Assembly: GCA_043228905.1 (NCBI GenBank)
Contig: JBHGNT010000011.1
Coordinates: 10,664,001-10,728,000, forward strand
Length of the DNA stretch: 64,000 nt
From: Azolla caroliniana
Lineage: Eukaryota > Plantae > Polypodiophyta
Reading direction: 5' to 3'
How positions within the stretch are numbered: position 1 is the stretch's first letter; each line of letters starts with the position of its first letter. The notes under the pieces are model-generated. The model was not told the DNA's origin and ran no database searches. It saw only the letters and a list, made by a program, of their open reading frames with translations. Below, in pieces: positions 25,263-38,709 of the stretch. The translations under genes and the position numbers were made by a program.

Positions 25263-28200
25263 CATCCTCTTCGTTTTATGCAATGCATTATCTGAAACGT
25301 CTACCTTCTTTGCCATTTGCATTTCTCTGACCATACTCTGTACTTGTTGTCCTAGTTATAGAACACCATGGATTCCGAATCAGACAATAATGAAAGATAT
25401 GGATTTCAACACCCACGAAGATATGAATCAGACCCCAATAAGATACCATTGAAGAAAAGGATGGGATGGGAGCACTTTGGGTGGCGCCAAAAGGATGCAC
25501 AAGCAAGATCCAAGTTCGATTCGATGTCGAACAAGGGAAATATGATCTCTTACGTGATTTGATTATACAAGAGATCAGTCTTAGGAAAGAGGGTATAGAA
25601 AGAGCTTTAAAGGAGGAAATACGAAAGGAGATTGAGAAACCAAAAACAAATTTGTATGCCTCTCTCAAGATGGAGTTATTAGAAGCCATACGAAAAGAGA
25701 TCACAAATATTGTCAAGAAATTAAACTCAAGAGTTCAAGGATGTCATGGAACAATACCTAAAGGATGGAATATCCTCAAATAAGGTTGAATTAGTGGCAC
25801 ATCAAGCTCAAGTAGCACATCACAAAGAAAACATGCCACAAGTGCATGACACAAGAAAGGAAGGAAAATTTATTGTATATAGAGATGGTAAGGTCATTAT
25901 TTCAGAGTAGAGAGCCACATGATAGTGCATGGCCTGCCAAACCTTACACATGACTATATAGAATTGCAATGGCTCTCTAAGGACAGATGTTGAGTGTTTA
26001 TTTTGAAGACTTCAAGAACACAGATATTGCTATGTATATAGAAACCCATCAATGCATGGCTAGTAAACTACAGTATGTCATCCCCAAACATGTTCACCAA
26101 GAGGCACTAGAGGTTCAGGAGGAATGGCTTTGTACACAAAGGAGCTCCATGATAGAGTGCATGTTGTGCATAAGGATGTAGGTGTGCATTATATGTGGAT
26201 ACGAATCAAAAGAGGGGATCTTAGGGAACTATATATTGCAAAATGCTACTTTCCATGTGCCTACTCAAGGTTTGCAGCTTTGGAGAATGACCGTATCTAC
26301 TATTATAATGATATCATAATATTTGCTACTATGGGGGACGTAGTACTATTATGGGACTCCAATGCACGAACTAAGGATGAACAAACAAGTTTGACGCCAA
26401 TGAGGCTGTGTATGAGAAGTTATGGCAAAAGAGGTTGGTCTAAATTGGCAAGCTCAAGATGTGAGTGAAATAATGGAATATGGCAAATACTTCCTAGCCT
26501 TGGGAAGTGCCTATGGATTTGTGATATATAATGGATGTCACAATGGCCCAAATCAACCCAAAAGGAGGTGCAAGCACGATCAATTACTTGATGGGATATC
26601 CATCTCTTATACTTGAAATAACAGAGTTCACTATATATGGTAGACCTATTGCCTTGGCAGCAGATAATGCATATCTATGCATTGAGGTGGTGAATGGATG
26701 CTAAGAAGGATAGTGGGCTGGGTAAATACCAATTTATTTGGGAGACAATTGATGTGTATAGTTGTGGAGTATGTAATGGCATGCTAGATCCCTAGAGGAA
26801 GTTACACAAAGATTGTCAAAGTCATTCCATAAAGCAACTAGAAATTCTTTCCCCCCACAACATAGTGAGTATGATGAGGAATGTCTGATACAAGGAGATG
26901 CTTATGCTTGCAGTGTTAAGGAACTTGGGGTATTTATACACACAAATAAGCAATCTTCTAATGGCTCATGAGTAAAAAGAAGAGATGGTATTTAGTTTCA
27001 ACATGTCTATCACTTGTTCCTAGGACAAGAAAGTAAAAAAAACATGGAAAATGTTTAATGAGAGGCAATCTATCACACAAATGACCTTATCTCAGGTGGC
27101 ATGAATGTGCAAAGGTACTCTAATATATCCATGGGCTAGCACAATTGGAATAAAACAACAATGCTCTCTATCACCCACCCTCTTTGGTCTTTATATAGAT
27201 GAGGTATCACACTATATAGAGAGATTCAGGGGTTCAAAAGCATGCATAACGGGCATAGAACGTAATATTCGTGTTCGTGCAACCATTCAAATGATTGAAA
27301 ACGTTTGAAAAGGGAAAAATACGTGCTCCTTTTTTTTTCTTTTTTTTTCATGCTTTTATCACAAATTCAGGTCATCCTAGTGGTAACGAGACATGCTATT
27401 GTTGTCTATGTCTTGGGTTCGAGTCCCAATTTTCTCCTCTCTTGTTAGTACCATAGCAAAATTTTATATTAGTTTTTTCGTTTTTCATTTTTTTTTCATT
27501 TTTTGTTATTAGAAATGAGCTTAACCTAGTGGTAAGTTGCCATGCTACTATTGCTTGTGTCTTGAGTTAAATTCCCAACTTTCTCATATCCTCTTATTAT
27601 TGTCATGTTACTTTTTTTTTGTTTGTTTGTTATTAGAAATTAGCTCACCCTAATGGTACAATTTTTATTCTACTACTGCCTATGTCATGTTTTCTTCATA
27701 TTCTCGAATATACGTTTTATGAGTTTTTGATCGTTTCTTTTTTCTTCTTTTTCTTTCTTTCTTTGTTATTAGAAATTAGCTCACCCTAGTGATAAGTTAT
27801 GTTACTATTGCCTATGTCATGTTTTCTTCATATTCTCGAATGTACGTTTTATGAGTTTTTGAACATTTGATTATAATTTATAATGACATATTTTGATTCA
27901 ATCTCTATAGTTCATACTCCTTTTTTTGTAAAGTTCTAAAGTGAGGATGATAGAGATGTCTTGATTCTTAAGAAGCATCCCAAAAGTATGCATGTGATAC
28001 AATGCAAATATTGCAACCATACTTATGTTGGTGGTTCACAATGGATTAGAGTCCACTTATTGGGATTGAGAGTGAATCAATATATAATATAGACCATAGT
28101 CAATCCAATCCAACTTTGAGATGATTTACCATACACGTTTGATTGAATCATTCTCGAATGCGAATGCACATATGATACGCATGGTTCATTCTATGATAGC

Positions 28201-30547
28201 GGGTATAGCCATGCACATATTACTATATGCTGCTAATAATATGCTAATCTTTGACTCTCCAGAGGGAATACAAAGACATTTAAACACCCAAGAGTATTTT
28301 TTACAAACAAAGGTTTGTCGATAGACATGGATAAAACTATAGTGATGGTGTTTAATACCACTCAAGTATGGGAAACAAGATTAGAACCAGAATTCTTCTT
28401 GATAGAGGAAAAGGTGGCATACACACTCTCCTACACTCACTTAGGAGTAACATTCACAAGGCCTAGGTTGTCCTTATGGAAGGCTGCTTGTGCTCGATTT
28501 TCTTGGGAATACTAGTCACACCAACTCTTCTCTATGGAGCTGAAACATGGGAACCAAATCTTCACAAAGCAAGTAACTGGAAAGATTTAGAGAGATCTTT
28601 AGTCTCAATAATTTCCCACATGGAGCAGGCCCTATAATCATCGAGGCATTACTGCAATTACTGACTTGTATCCAATGGCCTTTGGGAGCTCCCTAAATGA
28701 AGGTACTTAAGGTTGGCATTTACATCATCAAAACAACATGCTGAACATGGAGATATTCATTGTTGGTATGTTGAAATGCAGCAATGGTTTGAGTCACATG
28801 GCATAAACGTAAATGCACACCCCCATTCCAATATAGCTTGGATTTTCCCCATCTAAACATGACCAAAATGGTGAAGAATAGAGTGATTTGAATTGATATC
28901 TTTAACTTGGAAAACAAGGTAACATGGATCAGCCCCAAAATATCACTTGGTAGGAAGATGCCCCACTACGAGAGATACTTTTTATACACATGGTAAGATG
29001 GAATCATCATCAGGCTATTATAGATGGACATGCACCTATCCTATCAGCCCCGCAGTGTGGTAATGCAGCTGGGAACTTCATCACATCAGTTAGAGATCGA
29101 GGTAGTAAAAAATGCAAGAATACCACTAGAAGGAAGAATTTCCCAATTGTGTCATCAGGGAGTGGAATTTGAAGAACACTGTGTCAATGTAGTGTTTTAT
29201 ATGAAGTAAGGGAGATATCATTGCCTCTTTAAGGAAGGCTTTGGCCCACTAGGCAAGGTAATGGAATATGACTACCAATAGTGCTTGGAGCTTTCTTACT
29301 AGTAGTCAAGAGTCACAGGGAAATGTTGTTGGACAACAATCCAGCCACACAAGCTCATCAGCAATGAACAATCACAACTTTCTTTTAAGCCCATCACTCC
29401 TACTCATGCTACAACGCAATCAAGGGCTACACAAATGTACAATACATCGGGCAATAGCAATTTGCCGTGCGTGTAGTCCCCGGCCTCATGGACCACAATC
29501 TCACCACCCTTGTCATCAACTGATAAAAGTCATTATCTCCCACCAACAAAGGTGCTTTGATTGCTTCAAAGACATCTCCATTTTGGTGACATAAGCTGGA
29601 TATTTAGAAGATGAAAATTGCAGTATATTTGACTTGAGAATCTTACATATACTGATAACAAGATTCTATATTCACTTTTATGCTATTTCCCTTTTTACTT
29701 AGTAACAATTATTTTTGTTTGTTCTCAAAGATGAGACAACACTTAAGATGCAATCTCTTGTTTGGTCTTATAGGCCATTTTGGCCTCTTAAAAGACATTA
29801 ATATATCTTTCTTTCTTGCTACAAACATATCTCTAATAGGATGCTAATTTTCAATGCAGCGTTTCTTGTTAGCAAGCCATATGTGGTTGCAATGGTGTCT
29901 GGAATAATAGAGTATGCAATTGAGGGCTTTCTTCTACCAGAGCTAAAATCAAAGGCATGGGTTAGCTACATAGGCCTTTCACTTGTTATTCTTGGTGAGA
30001 TGATTCGCAAGACTGCCATAATTACAGCACAAAAGAACTTCACTCATGATATAAAGTTGTATCATGATGAAAGTCATAAGCTAGTGGTCCATGGAGTCTA
30101 TGGGTATTAATCTAGATCCTCTCTTGGTTTTATGAAACTGAACACCTTTCTCATAATTAATTTTTTCAAGGGGAATATTGTAACTTTCAATTGTTTTCTA
30201 GATTTGTTCGACATCCAAGCTACTTGGGTTTCTTTATATGGTCTGTTGGAACTCAAATCCTACTTATGAATCCAATATGTTCCATTGGGTATGCTTTGGT
30301 GACATGGCGTTTCTTTGCAGATCGGGTTAAGTATCCTCATTGATATTGTGCAAATTACACTGTGGAATATCATCGTGCACTATGGGGTTTAGGAGCGCGC
30401 TCATATACTGACTTGGTTTAATAATTGTGAGGTTTTCTTAATGAACTAAATAACAGATATGAAGAATACTTCTTGTACCAATTTTTCGGAAAGCAATATG
30501 CAGATTATGCCAACAGAGTTTGGTCTGGTATACCATTTGTTAGATGA
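22883..30547 (+). CDS. STE14: Protein-S-isoprenylcysteine O-methyltransferase (ICMT), about 188 aa
   Basis: Exons 22883-22985, 29860-30103, 30202-30330 and 30457-30547 splice in frame (567 nt). Motifs: FFHTSEF, NFTHDI, HKLVVHGVYGFVRHPSYLGF, YEEYFL..FFG..Y..Y…V.SGIPF. Confidence 0.93.
24985..25260 (+). mobile_element. 3' fragment of RTEX-like LINE ending in (CT)n
   Basis: Homologous to 29445-29816 (RAIAI.RAC…PHG..SHHPCH). Tail AAAAGACATTAATATATCTTTC followed by (TC)n. Confidence 0.7.
25261..29816 (+). mobile_element. Degraded, internally deleted RTEX/CR1-group-like LINE in ICMT intron 1
   Basis: Coiled-coil ORF1 remnant (25368-25783). EN remnants ETH, YFP and WDSNART. RT remnants GIKQQCSLSPTLFGLYID and LLYAANN. 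C-terminal LEIE…IPLEGRISQLCHQGVEFEEH. 3' hairpin AGGCCATTTTGGCCT followed by (CTTT)n. Confidence 0.75.
27254..28195 (+). mobile_element. hAT deletion derivative retaining a BED zinc-finger fragment and tRNA-like repeats
   Basis: TIR CATAGAA…TTCTATG and TSD ATAACGGG/ATAGCGGG (7/8). IQCKYCNHTYVGGSQWIRVHLLG at about 27995-28065. It interrupts the LINE RT. Confidence 0.85.
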
Positions 30548-32562
30548 TAATCAACGAAAAAGTCATTATAAGGTTAGCCTCAGCACTTACTTACCCTTAT
30601 CTGTTTCAAAATAAAATTTTGCATAGATATATTAAGTAAAGAAGAATTGTTGGCCTTTTACTATTTTCTGTTATCATATTCCTCAGTTCAAATAGATGTG
30701 CTTGGGTCAGAGAATCCATATATATTGTTATGGATTGTGCTATAGTTTATCATCAGGGCTTTAATGGAAGTAAGAAACTTTGCAACATCAGTAAAAGGAT
30801 GCAGCACAATTGCTCTTGAAATCCCCTAACCTAAAATTCTATGTTCGGTGGAGAGACCTGAAAACTTTCTATCCCTTTGTTTTTGTTGTATGGATATAAG
30901 GGAACTAGGTGCATGTTTAAAACGTTTCTTGCGATTCTATAATTCTATTTACTAGATTTTTCTGCATGTCAATAAAGAAATGTTTATATCTCAATGTAGC
31001 AATTTTTACTGGACGTACAGTTCAGTACTGTATATCATCTCATAAAACTTTCCTCATATAGGCATGACATTGAATGCCAAGTTAGTTCTGTTTGTTTTAT
31101 CAAAGACTATTCCAGTATGCTGCGGGAACCATTGAAATCTAAAATCTACCTATTTGATTATGATGTGCAGGAGGTTTAATATTTGTGTATTTGTTTTCTT
31201 TTAGGGACCATCAAAACATTTTTGCTCAGTATTTTTGGAATGTTGTAATGTTCAAGTCGCTACAGACAATTGCAACTTTCAAAATCCTGCCCGTGTCCAG
31301 TGTGAAAGCATTATCGTTTAAGCTTAGTTGTACCATGAGTCTCTGTTGCTACTTAGTGGATGAATAAAATTTTGGATATATGTAACCTTGTATATTTTGC
31401 AGCGTTCCACTATTAATGGCAGTTTGCAGCCATCATGCAATGTCAATGATGGGATGGCTGTTTACACAGAACAATATAATGCTGATGCTGGACTATGTAT
31501 AAATTGATTGGTGTCATTGTATTAACCCTTGGGCCAGTGGTTCAAAACCATTGCATTAAATGGAACATTTTATTCATAGAAGTGGAAAGGAGAAACAAAA
31601 TCCATAACGTTGATCAGTGTCTGTATGATTATATATTTTTTATCTTTCAGGACAGCAACTCTTGATAAACACTGCTATTGATAAACTCTGTTTGTTTTTC
31701 ATTGAAATGGAATGTAGAAAAATGTCTTAGATTTGTCAGTTACCATGTACGTGATTGCCTGATTTGCCTTTCATCTTTTTCAAATATGTTCATGAAAGTT
31801 CTTTTATAATACGTGCATAAGTGCACTGGAGGCAAAAGGAACTTCTGCATATGATTATATTCAGTACTTTCAAAGTTGCCAAATTTAGTTATTATTTCCA
31901 TTTGCTAATTGAGGATACACAATTGTGATGCCAAATTGTTTTTATAACCAGATGCACAATTGATTTATGTGGATGCGAATGTAGATGGCGATATGTGGAT
32001 TACGTATAAAACTCCAAATGCATGTGAAGACTTGTTCATGGGTTTGTTTTAAGCCTTGCCATTGGTATCATGTGGTTGGAGGATGATAAATGAAAGTCTG
32101 AATATCAATATGCTTTTTCTTGGTTTGTTTTAAACCAATCCTTTTGTATGACAAATGGTCTGTTGCTTATAATACAAGTGTATGAAGTCTTGTTCTTGGG
32201 TTTTTGCTTTAGACCTAGCCATTCACACTGTCAATTCATTCATCATTAACATGCTCAATGAAGTAAGCTGCAACTGTTGGAGAAATGAAGAGGTTGAAAC
32301 CTTCATAAATGATGGTTATGTCATGAGAGGGGAAAGCCATGATGACATCAGCTGCAAAAGCAAAAGAATATGTTCAATGACCATGGAGGTAAGGATGCCA
32401 ATTGAACTTTACAATGTAGAACTACTCATGCTTTAACCATGCTCATGTTTTACTTATGTTATACGTTATCGGAAAGGCCATATTGAAGCTAGATTGAAAA
32501 AACAAAAGAGAATACTTCAAGAACATCGAAGTAAGAGGATGTGGACTTTACACTGTAAAAGG

Positions 32563-35500
32563 TTATGGTTTTTTCAGCATGCTTCTGAAACTGTGCAGAT
32601 ATTTCTTCATATGTACTATGTGAATTTGATTTGATGAGATGATGCACATGTGCTTGCCAGTAGGGTCAAATGCCACACAAACCACTCCTGCAATCAAGGT
32701 AAAATTATATATGGAAAACGTTTTTTTTATCAATATTTCAAAACAAACTCGAAAACAGAGAATCACTGATACTGTCAAAATATCCTGAAATTGTGCCATG
32801 ATAGAACTTCAGAAAAATAAGACATTCTATGTTGATGGAAAACATCAGACACATTAGATGTTTGATTTGTAAGCTCTAGAAAATTTCTGCACTCATTTCA
32901 TTGAGAACAATATGATATATATGGAATAAGAATTTTCATTCCCAAACTTATTTCTGCGATGTTCCATGCTGAACCTCAGACAAACTTATGTCTAATATAA
33001 GAACATCGATAGGTTAATAAAACCCAAACGTCATATTTTTTTAATTCCTCTTTAAAGATGAGAATGGAGATACCCAAGTGATGTACAGAAATTGTTCCTT
33101 AAACCTGTTTCTGTTTATCATATTTCAATCCACAAGAAGAACAGAACGTAGGTGTGTCGAAACTTACCTTTTTGCATATCATACATGCCAGCAACAAGCT
33201 TCAGGAGACAGCAAAATGGCAGGTCTTTAGTGTTTCTCTTGTTGAACGTTACTAGAGAGTAGACTACATAAGAAGAGGGGAAAACTCCCAAATATGCCCC
33301 TAAGTTTCCGCTATCTCCTAATGCCCCTGGTAAAATCCCAAAATAGAGAAAAGTGGGATGAATTGATCATATAATTGCTCGAAGGGGGATTGCCAAGAGC
33401 ATTTGAGGAGATGATGAAAATTTTATGGGGCACATGAGGAAATAATGGGTAAACTTGGGCATCATTTGGCGTTTTTCCCTCAACAAATGTTACTTGCATA
33501 ACAAGATATTTTATATACCTGTCCACTTCCAGTGTGAAAAATGGATGCTTCATTTGAAGCACTTCCACCTGCTGCAAGAAAATCATGTGACACTTTCTTT
33601 CCATAGCATGCCGAGTAGATATGGCACTCCTGCACAGGGACAGAAATCTCAATGTCACCTTAAATTCACAAGAAAAAACACCATACATATCTTATATCTG
33701 AACTTACTTTGACAATAAGGAAAAATACATGATGGTTTTTATCCTACGAAGAGGTCACAGTTGAAAAATATCAAAAGTTAGCATAATAAACCTACCACGA
33801 ACTTTTATCCTGACATTTAACCATGCAGACAAAATTTACCAAAACTTCATTACATCCATGTACCACATTACAATCTTCAAAATCTAAAGATCATCCAGAT
33901 GCTCACTTACAATTACAAATGGTTCTCAGGGCATTTATTTATCAGGCAATGTCATAGAATAAATTTGTATAATTATATAGCCCCATGTCCGGCCATGGAT
34001 CCACAAGGCAATCAAAGGATGATGTCTTTCTATTGTCATAAAACATTTGCAAAAGAATAGACACATTTTTATAGCTATAAATAGAAAAGTTGATGATAGT
34101 CTTAGTTATATCCACAGAATGCAAAAGAATTAAGAACAAGAAATAAATTTGAAATATCTTTATCAGGATAGCACGGGTGTTCATACCTTATTCATTGTTT
34201 GAGGCCATACAAATGTGCGAACAAGGTTTCCAGTACCATAGTCCCACTCCTACGCGAGACAAAAAAAACTATTCAGCATTGATGCTCTGATAACGATCTA
34301 CAAGGTATTTAGGACATCACATACACACATAACGAAGTAAGAAAATTTTGTTTTAAGAACCAACCTGTAACTGATCAGTTTCTCTCCATGATCCAGTTAG
34401 GACTCTACTTGAATTACCATCAAAGTCGATGGACGCTCCACAAAGATAGGGTCCAAAAATACTTCTCACTGACTTTCCAACCCTCAAGTCCCATATCTAT
34501 TGAAAAAATAACCTTTTTTAACCTTTCCTGGGTATGCATCACCTAACTATCTTACCTTTAATGAAAAATATTCTACAAAATATAGATCTTCTGTTGTTCA
34601 TACATCAAGTGATGACTATGGATGATTCTCACCTGAACAGTGCTGTCCCAACCACCACTAAGAACTGTATTTGTATCCTCGGGATTCCACTTTAGAGAAA
34701 ATATTCTATTGGTATGACCAACCGTAGTAGATCCATTGCTGCTCTTATACAGACACAAAAGCTTTACTCAGAATATTCTTTACTCTATTATTCATTCAAT
34801 GTGTAGAGAAATTGTGGTTGAAATATGTTCCACTCATACTCCACTCATACCCTTCTTCCAAAACATTGCAAAGCTTCATTGTTAGCCCATCATATACCCG
34901 TACCTGAAAACTTTTTAACCAATCAATTAGAACCCCCTTTGTAGAAGAAGACAAAAAGAAAAACCACTGTTAAATATTTTAGAAATAGGAGGATATAAAC
35001 ATATTTTAAAATTATAGGGATTTGTGAGGTAAACAAGAAGTTACAAATAGCAAGCATTTCATATTGATAGAAGGGAATTCCTCAATGTCTTGCATTCAGC
35101 TATGATTTCATCATATAATTCTCGACATGTGATAATCAATGGGAATGAGAGCAGCAAAGGTTTGCATGAAAGTGTAAGCATAAAAACCACTATAATAAGA
35201 GCAAACAAAAAGAGCATCAAATGTAATACAATAGAAATAGGAGTGCAAACCCATTACAAATTCATCACAAGGAGAAAAAATTCTTATCTACTACATGAAA
35301 GACTACCAAAACGGATATATATAATAATATGAAATATGTACATTTCTCAGTACTTAGCACAAAATAAAGGATCAGAGTCACACCTTAGCATCTAGTCCAG
35401 CTGCGGCAAAGAGGGCACCTTCTTCCTGGTGAGCCACGGTAAAGACCTCATTACCCAGTTCATCAATGGTATTTATGAGTTTCCCAGACGTAATGTGCCA

Positions 35501-38337
35501 GTGATAGACCTTTCCACCCACATCTTCATAATATATAGTGAAAGAAGTTAGTGAGGTATAAACCTGTGAATGCATCAAAAACCTGCAAAAATCAAGAGCC
35601 TGACAGAGAAGTACCACATGAGATCAGCACATTTTTTGTTGAGAAGAGTTCCCCTGTAGGCCGAAAACATACAGATACATTGGGATATTTTGTGGCACTA
35701 TTTTGATTTAGTGTAAAACAATGGCTTCCATCTGTAACCTTGTAGACCTGTCTTATGGGAAATGATAAAAATCACAAGATTAAAGTATCTTTATAGAAGA
35801 TTATCAACAAACAAAATCATATTCATATACATGTTCATATTAAAGATTAGCCCAAATAAACTATGGTCTAAGCTTCTATCATTTCAGTAGAGGTGTTGAA
35901 CATAATCTGTGGTTATTGGAGGTTCAATTTCAACAGTAGAAAAAATCAAATAAAAAACTGTGCTCTGAAAGGCAAAGCAAAGGCAATTTATATACTTGTG
36001 ATGCTTAACAAATAGATATTTGAAACTTAAGTGTCAGGATGTAGTGATTATGCTCATGGTTAAGATAAATTTGCAGAAAGTATTTAATTGCTAGAGCCGA
36101 TATCCTTATCAGTGTCTAAATCTTCGGAATCATTAACAATCACAAACCAATGGTTGTTTTCTACTTTTTCTAACTTTACCTCAATTCTTACATCTTTAAT
36201 AGTTATATCGCAAGAGAAATCATTTTCCATAGTTTATAATATTCTTTTGTTGAGGGTCCCATAAGACTAGATTAATGTCATGGCAAAAAAAGACATTTTC
36301 TACTGTTTCAAGCATTCTTTTGCTGGAAGTACCAATCAGGTTAACTATCTTTACATAGCAAGAATATGCCTAACAACAAACATATGCATACATTACAAGA
36401 GATAGCACATTGGCAAGGATAGAAGGTCATAAGAAAAATAAATATGAAGGCAAGAAAATGCACTAAACAAATGGAGAGGCCTGCTGTATGAACATTGACT
36501 AGAAGTAGAGAATTTTGCAGTACAGTGAGTTAAAGCATTATATAGAAAACATGGAAACATGCAAATGGATATACAAACGAACTGCGAATCTTTTCATAAC
36601 CTCATTTAAATATAAGACCTAAATTCTTTCTAAACCTCCATAAAGTTGTTATATAGTGCATATATACATAAACGATCTTCCATATGAACTGTACTGAGGG
36701 TTCCATTATCAACATATTTATGCCTAGATTCAGATGGTCAAGGATACCTAACCTTCATTATTCAAAAGACAGCTACATGAACATTAGTTAATAATGATAC
36801 ACTTACATGAACACATACATGGGAACATAGAAAACGGTACAACTAAGCAAATGGATAAACAAAAGCATGCTTTCTATGATCCGCAACAGATTGTCAAGTT
36901 CTTCATAATTAGAAATTTAAATAAAGGATCTAGAAACATTATGGCTCAATAACGAAAATATACAAAATATGTGTTTTCTATACATGCATACATACATACA
37001 TGTATACTTCTTCTTTTGGTGGTGATTAGTGGTTGGAAGGGGGAGGGGGGGTAAATACATTATATAAGAGATGGGAAACCTCAAGGATAGGTGAAGACCC
37101 ACAACTAGTGGATAAAAGGTAGGTTATGTAGAGGTCTCCTACAACCCATAGGGTAAAGGCATTAAAAAAAAAGAGCACAGAGATGCCCTGGAATATCCTG
37201 GGAGGTATAGCAAGCCTTCAGATACAATCCAAGTGATCTCCAAAAGGTAAGTAACCAAAACTCCAAAAGAACTTGCTAAAACTATGACCAACAAACCTTA
37301 CTTGTGAGAGAAATGCTATAATTGTAGGAGAAATCTTTGTGTGGTGTGGAAGTTCCACCTGAAATGTAGCATATTTTCCCTGGTGTGTCCATCATATGTA
37401 GGTGGTGTACTCCAAGAAAACACCTCCACAAGAAGACACATTCCATAAGAGGCAAAAAATTCTTCTGAATACATTTTAACATTTGATTTCCACTAAGCCA
37501 ATGGTTCATGCATATTTGATATACAGCAATGCTATGCACATCTCGTCATTATTCTGGTTGTTGATGCCTGAATAGATTTCAGTAACTTAATGGAATACCA
37601 ATCCAATGGGTTTGCGCATATTTAATATATGGCATTGCAATGCATATCCCACCATGGTTCTGGTTGTATGCCTGCATAGACTGTACTAACTAACATGGAC
37701 AAGAAGGTCATCCACGTTTGGCGACTAGTTGCCAATCTTGAAGGAGATCTTGTTAATCTAAGTGTGGCACAGGGACAGCCAAATTTCAAGGAGCTTTCGT
37801 AATGCTTACCAAATAGCCTGATCGTGCACACCCACGCCATATATCTTCTTCTGGCTTCCAAAGAGTTGATACATTTCTATCAAAGTTGGTGACATTTTGA
37901 ATGGTGCATATGCAAAATTGTGACAGGAAAGTTGGATTTTTTGTGTGGATGAGACAATATACACACAGTCACATATAGATACAAATTGGAAAGCGTAGGA
38001 TATTTTAAGCCCACATTCTAATATTGACGGATAACGAACCTCGATCATCCCAAGGTTATAAGAAACTGCGAGCCAGGACCCATCTTCGGAAAAGCACGCA
38101 GAAGTAGCTTCTTTATCTTCGCTACAAAGAAGAAGCAAAAAGAAGAAGAAGAAAGGAGCGAGAGAAGGAAGACCAGGATTAAAGAACGAACAGAGGGGAC
38201 TGTGAAGATCAAAGTTAATAAGAGAATGAATAAAAATGGACGAACGAACGAATGAATGAATGGGTGAGTGAATGGAATTGTGATTACAGGAGGATAGAGA
38301 CGGTGGGATCAATGGCGACAACGTCGAAGCTGGCCAT
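32563..38337 (-). CDS. WD40-repeat beta-propeller protein, about 341 aa, 11 exons
   Basis: Exons 38337-38288, 38121-38040, 35747-35615, 35523-35384, 34903-34851, 34738-34633, 34496-34365, 34249-34187, 33629-33519, 33198-33168 and 32687-32563 join in frame with GT-AG introns. Motifs: GHTNRIFSLKW…VLSGGWDSTVQIWDLR, IFGPYLCG, LTGSWRETDQLQEWD. Confidence 0.88.
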
Positions 38338-38404
38338 GTCTTCTCTCTGTGCTCTCTGTTCTGTTCTGCTCTGTTCTGCTCTGCTTGTTGTGTGATTGTG
38401 TGTA

Positions 38405-38503
38405 AGAAAGGAAGCCAAGAAAGAAAGAAAGTAAGAAAGAAAAGAAGAAAGAAAGAAAGAAAGAAAGAAAGATATATTAACGTCTTTTCTAAGGCCAAAA
38501 TTG
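38405..38503 (-). mobile_element. Extremely truncated RTEX-like 3' tail upstream of the WD40 ATG
   Basis: Minus strand reads CAATTTTGGCCTTAGAAAAGACGTTAATATATCTTTC(TTTC)n, almost identical to the tail at 39661-39720. Confidence 0.75.
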
Positions 38504-38650
38504 CTTATAAACCTTCTTTATATTTTACGTGCACAAGAAGCCTATATATGTATACTTTTCAAAATCTCCAAAAATACCCCTCTCCCTCTCCTTAGAAATC
38601 CTTCACCTTTCATCGACACACACCACGATTCTAACTCTCTCTCTCTCTCT

Positions 38651-38709
38651 TTAGGTCATATTTGACCTCCTCCAAAGACGATATAATATAATCTATCTCT
38701 CTCTCTCTC
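38651..38709 (+). mobile_element. Extremely truncated RTEX-like 3' tail embedded in (CT)n
   Basis: TTAGGTCATATTTGACCT…AAGACGATATAATATAATC, flanked on both sides by (CT)n. Confidence 0.7.

Noticed and set aside
37806-38498. 230-aa ORF as a single-exon gene
   Set aside because: It is mostly low-complexity UTR and intron read-through. Only 38121-38040 is a real exon in that frame.
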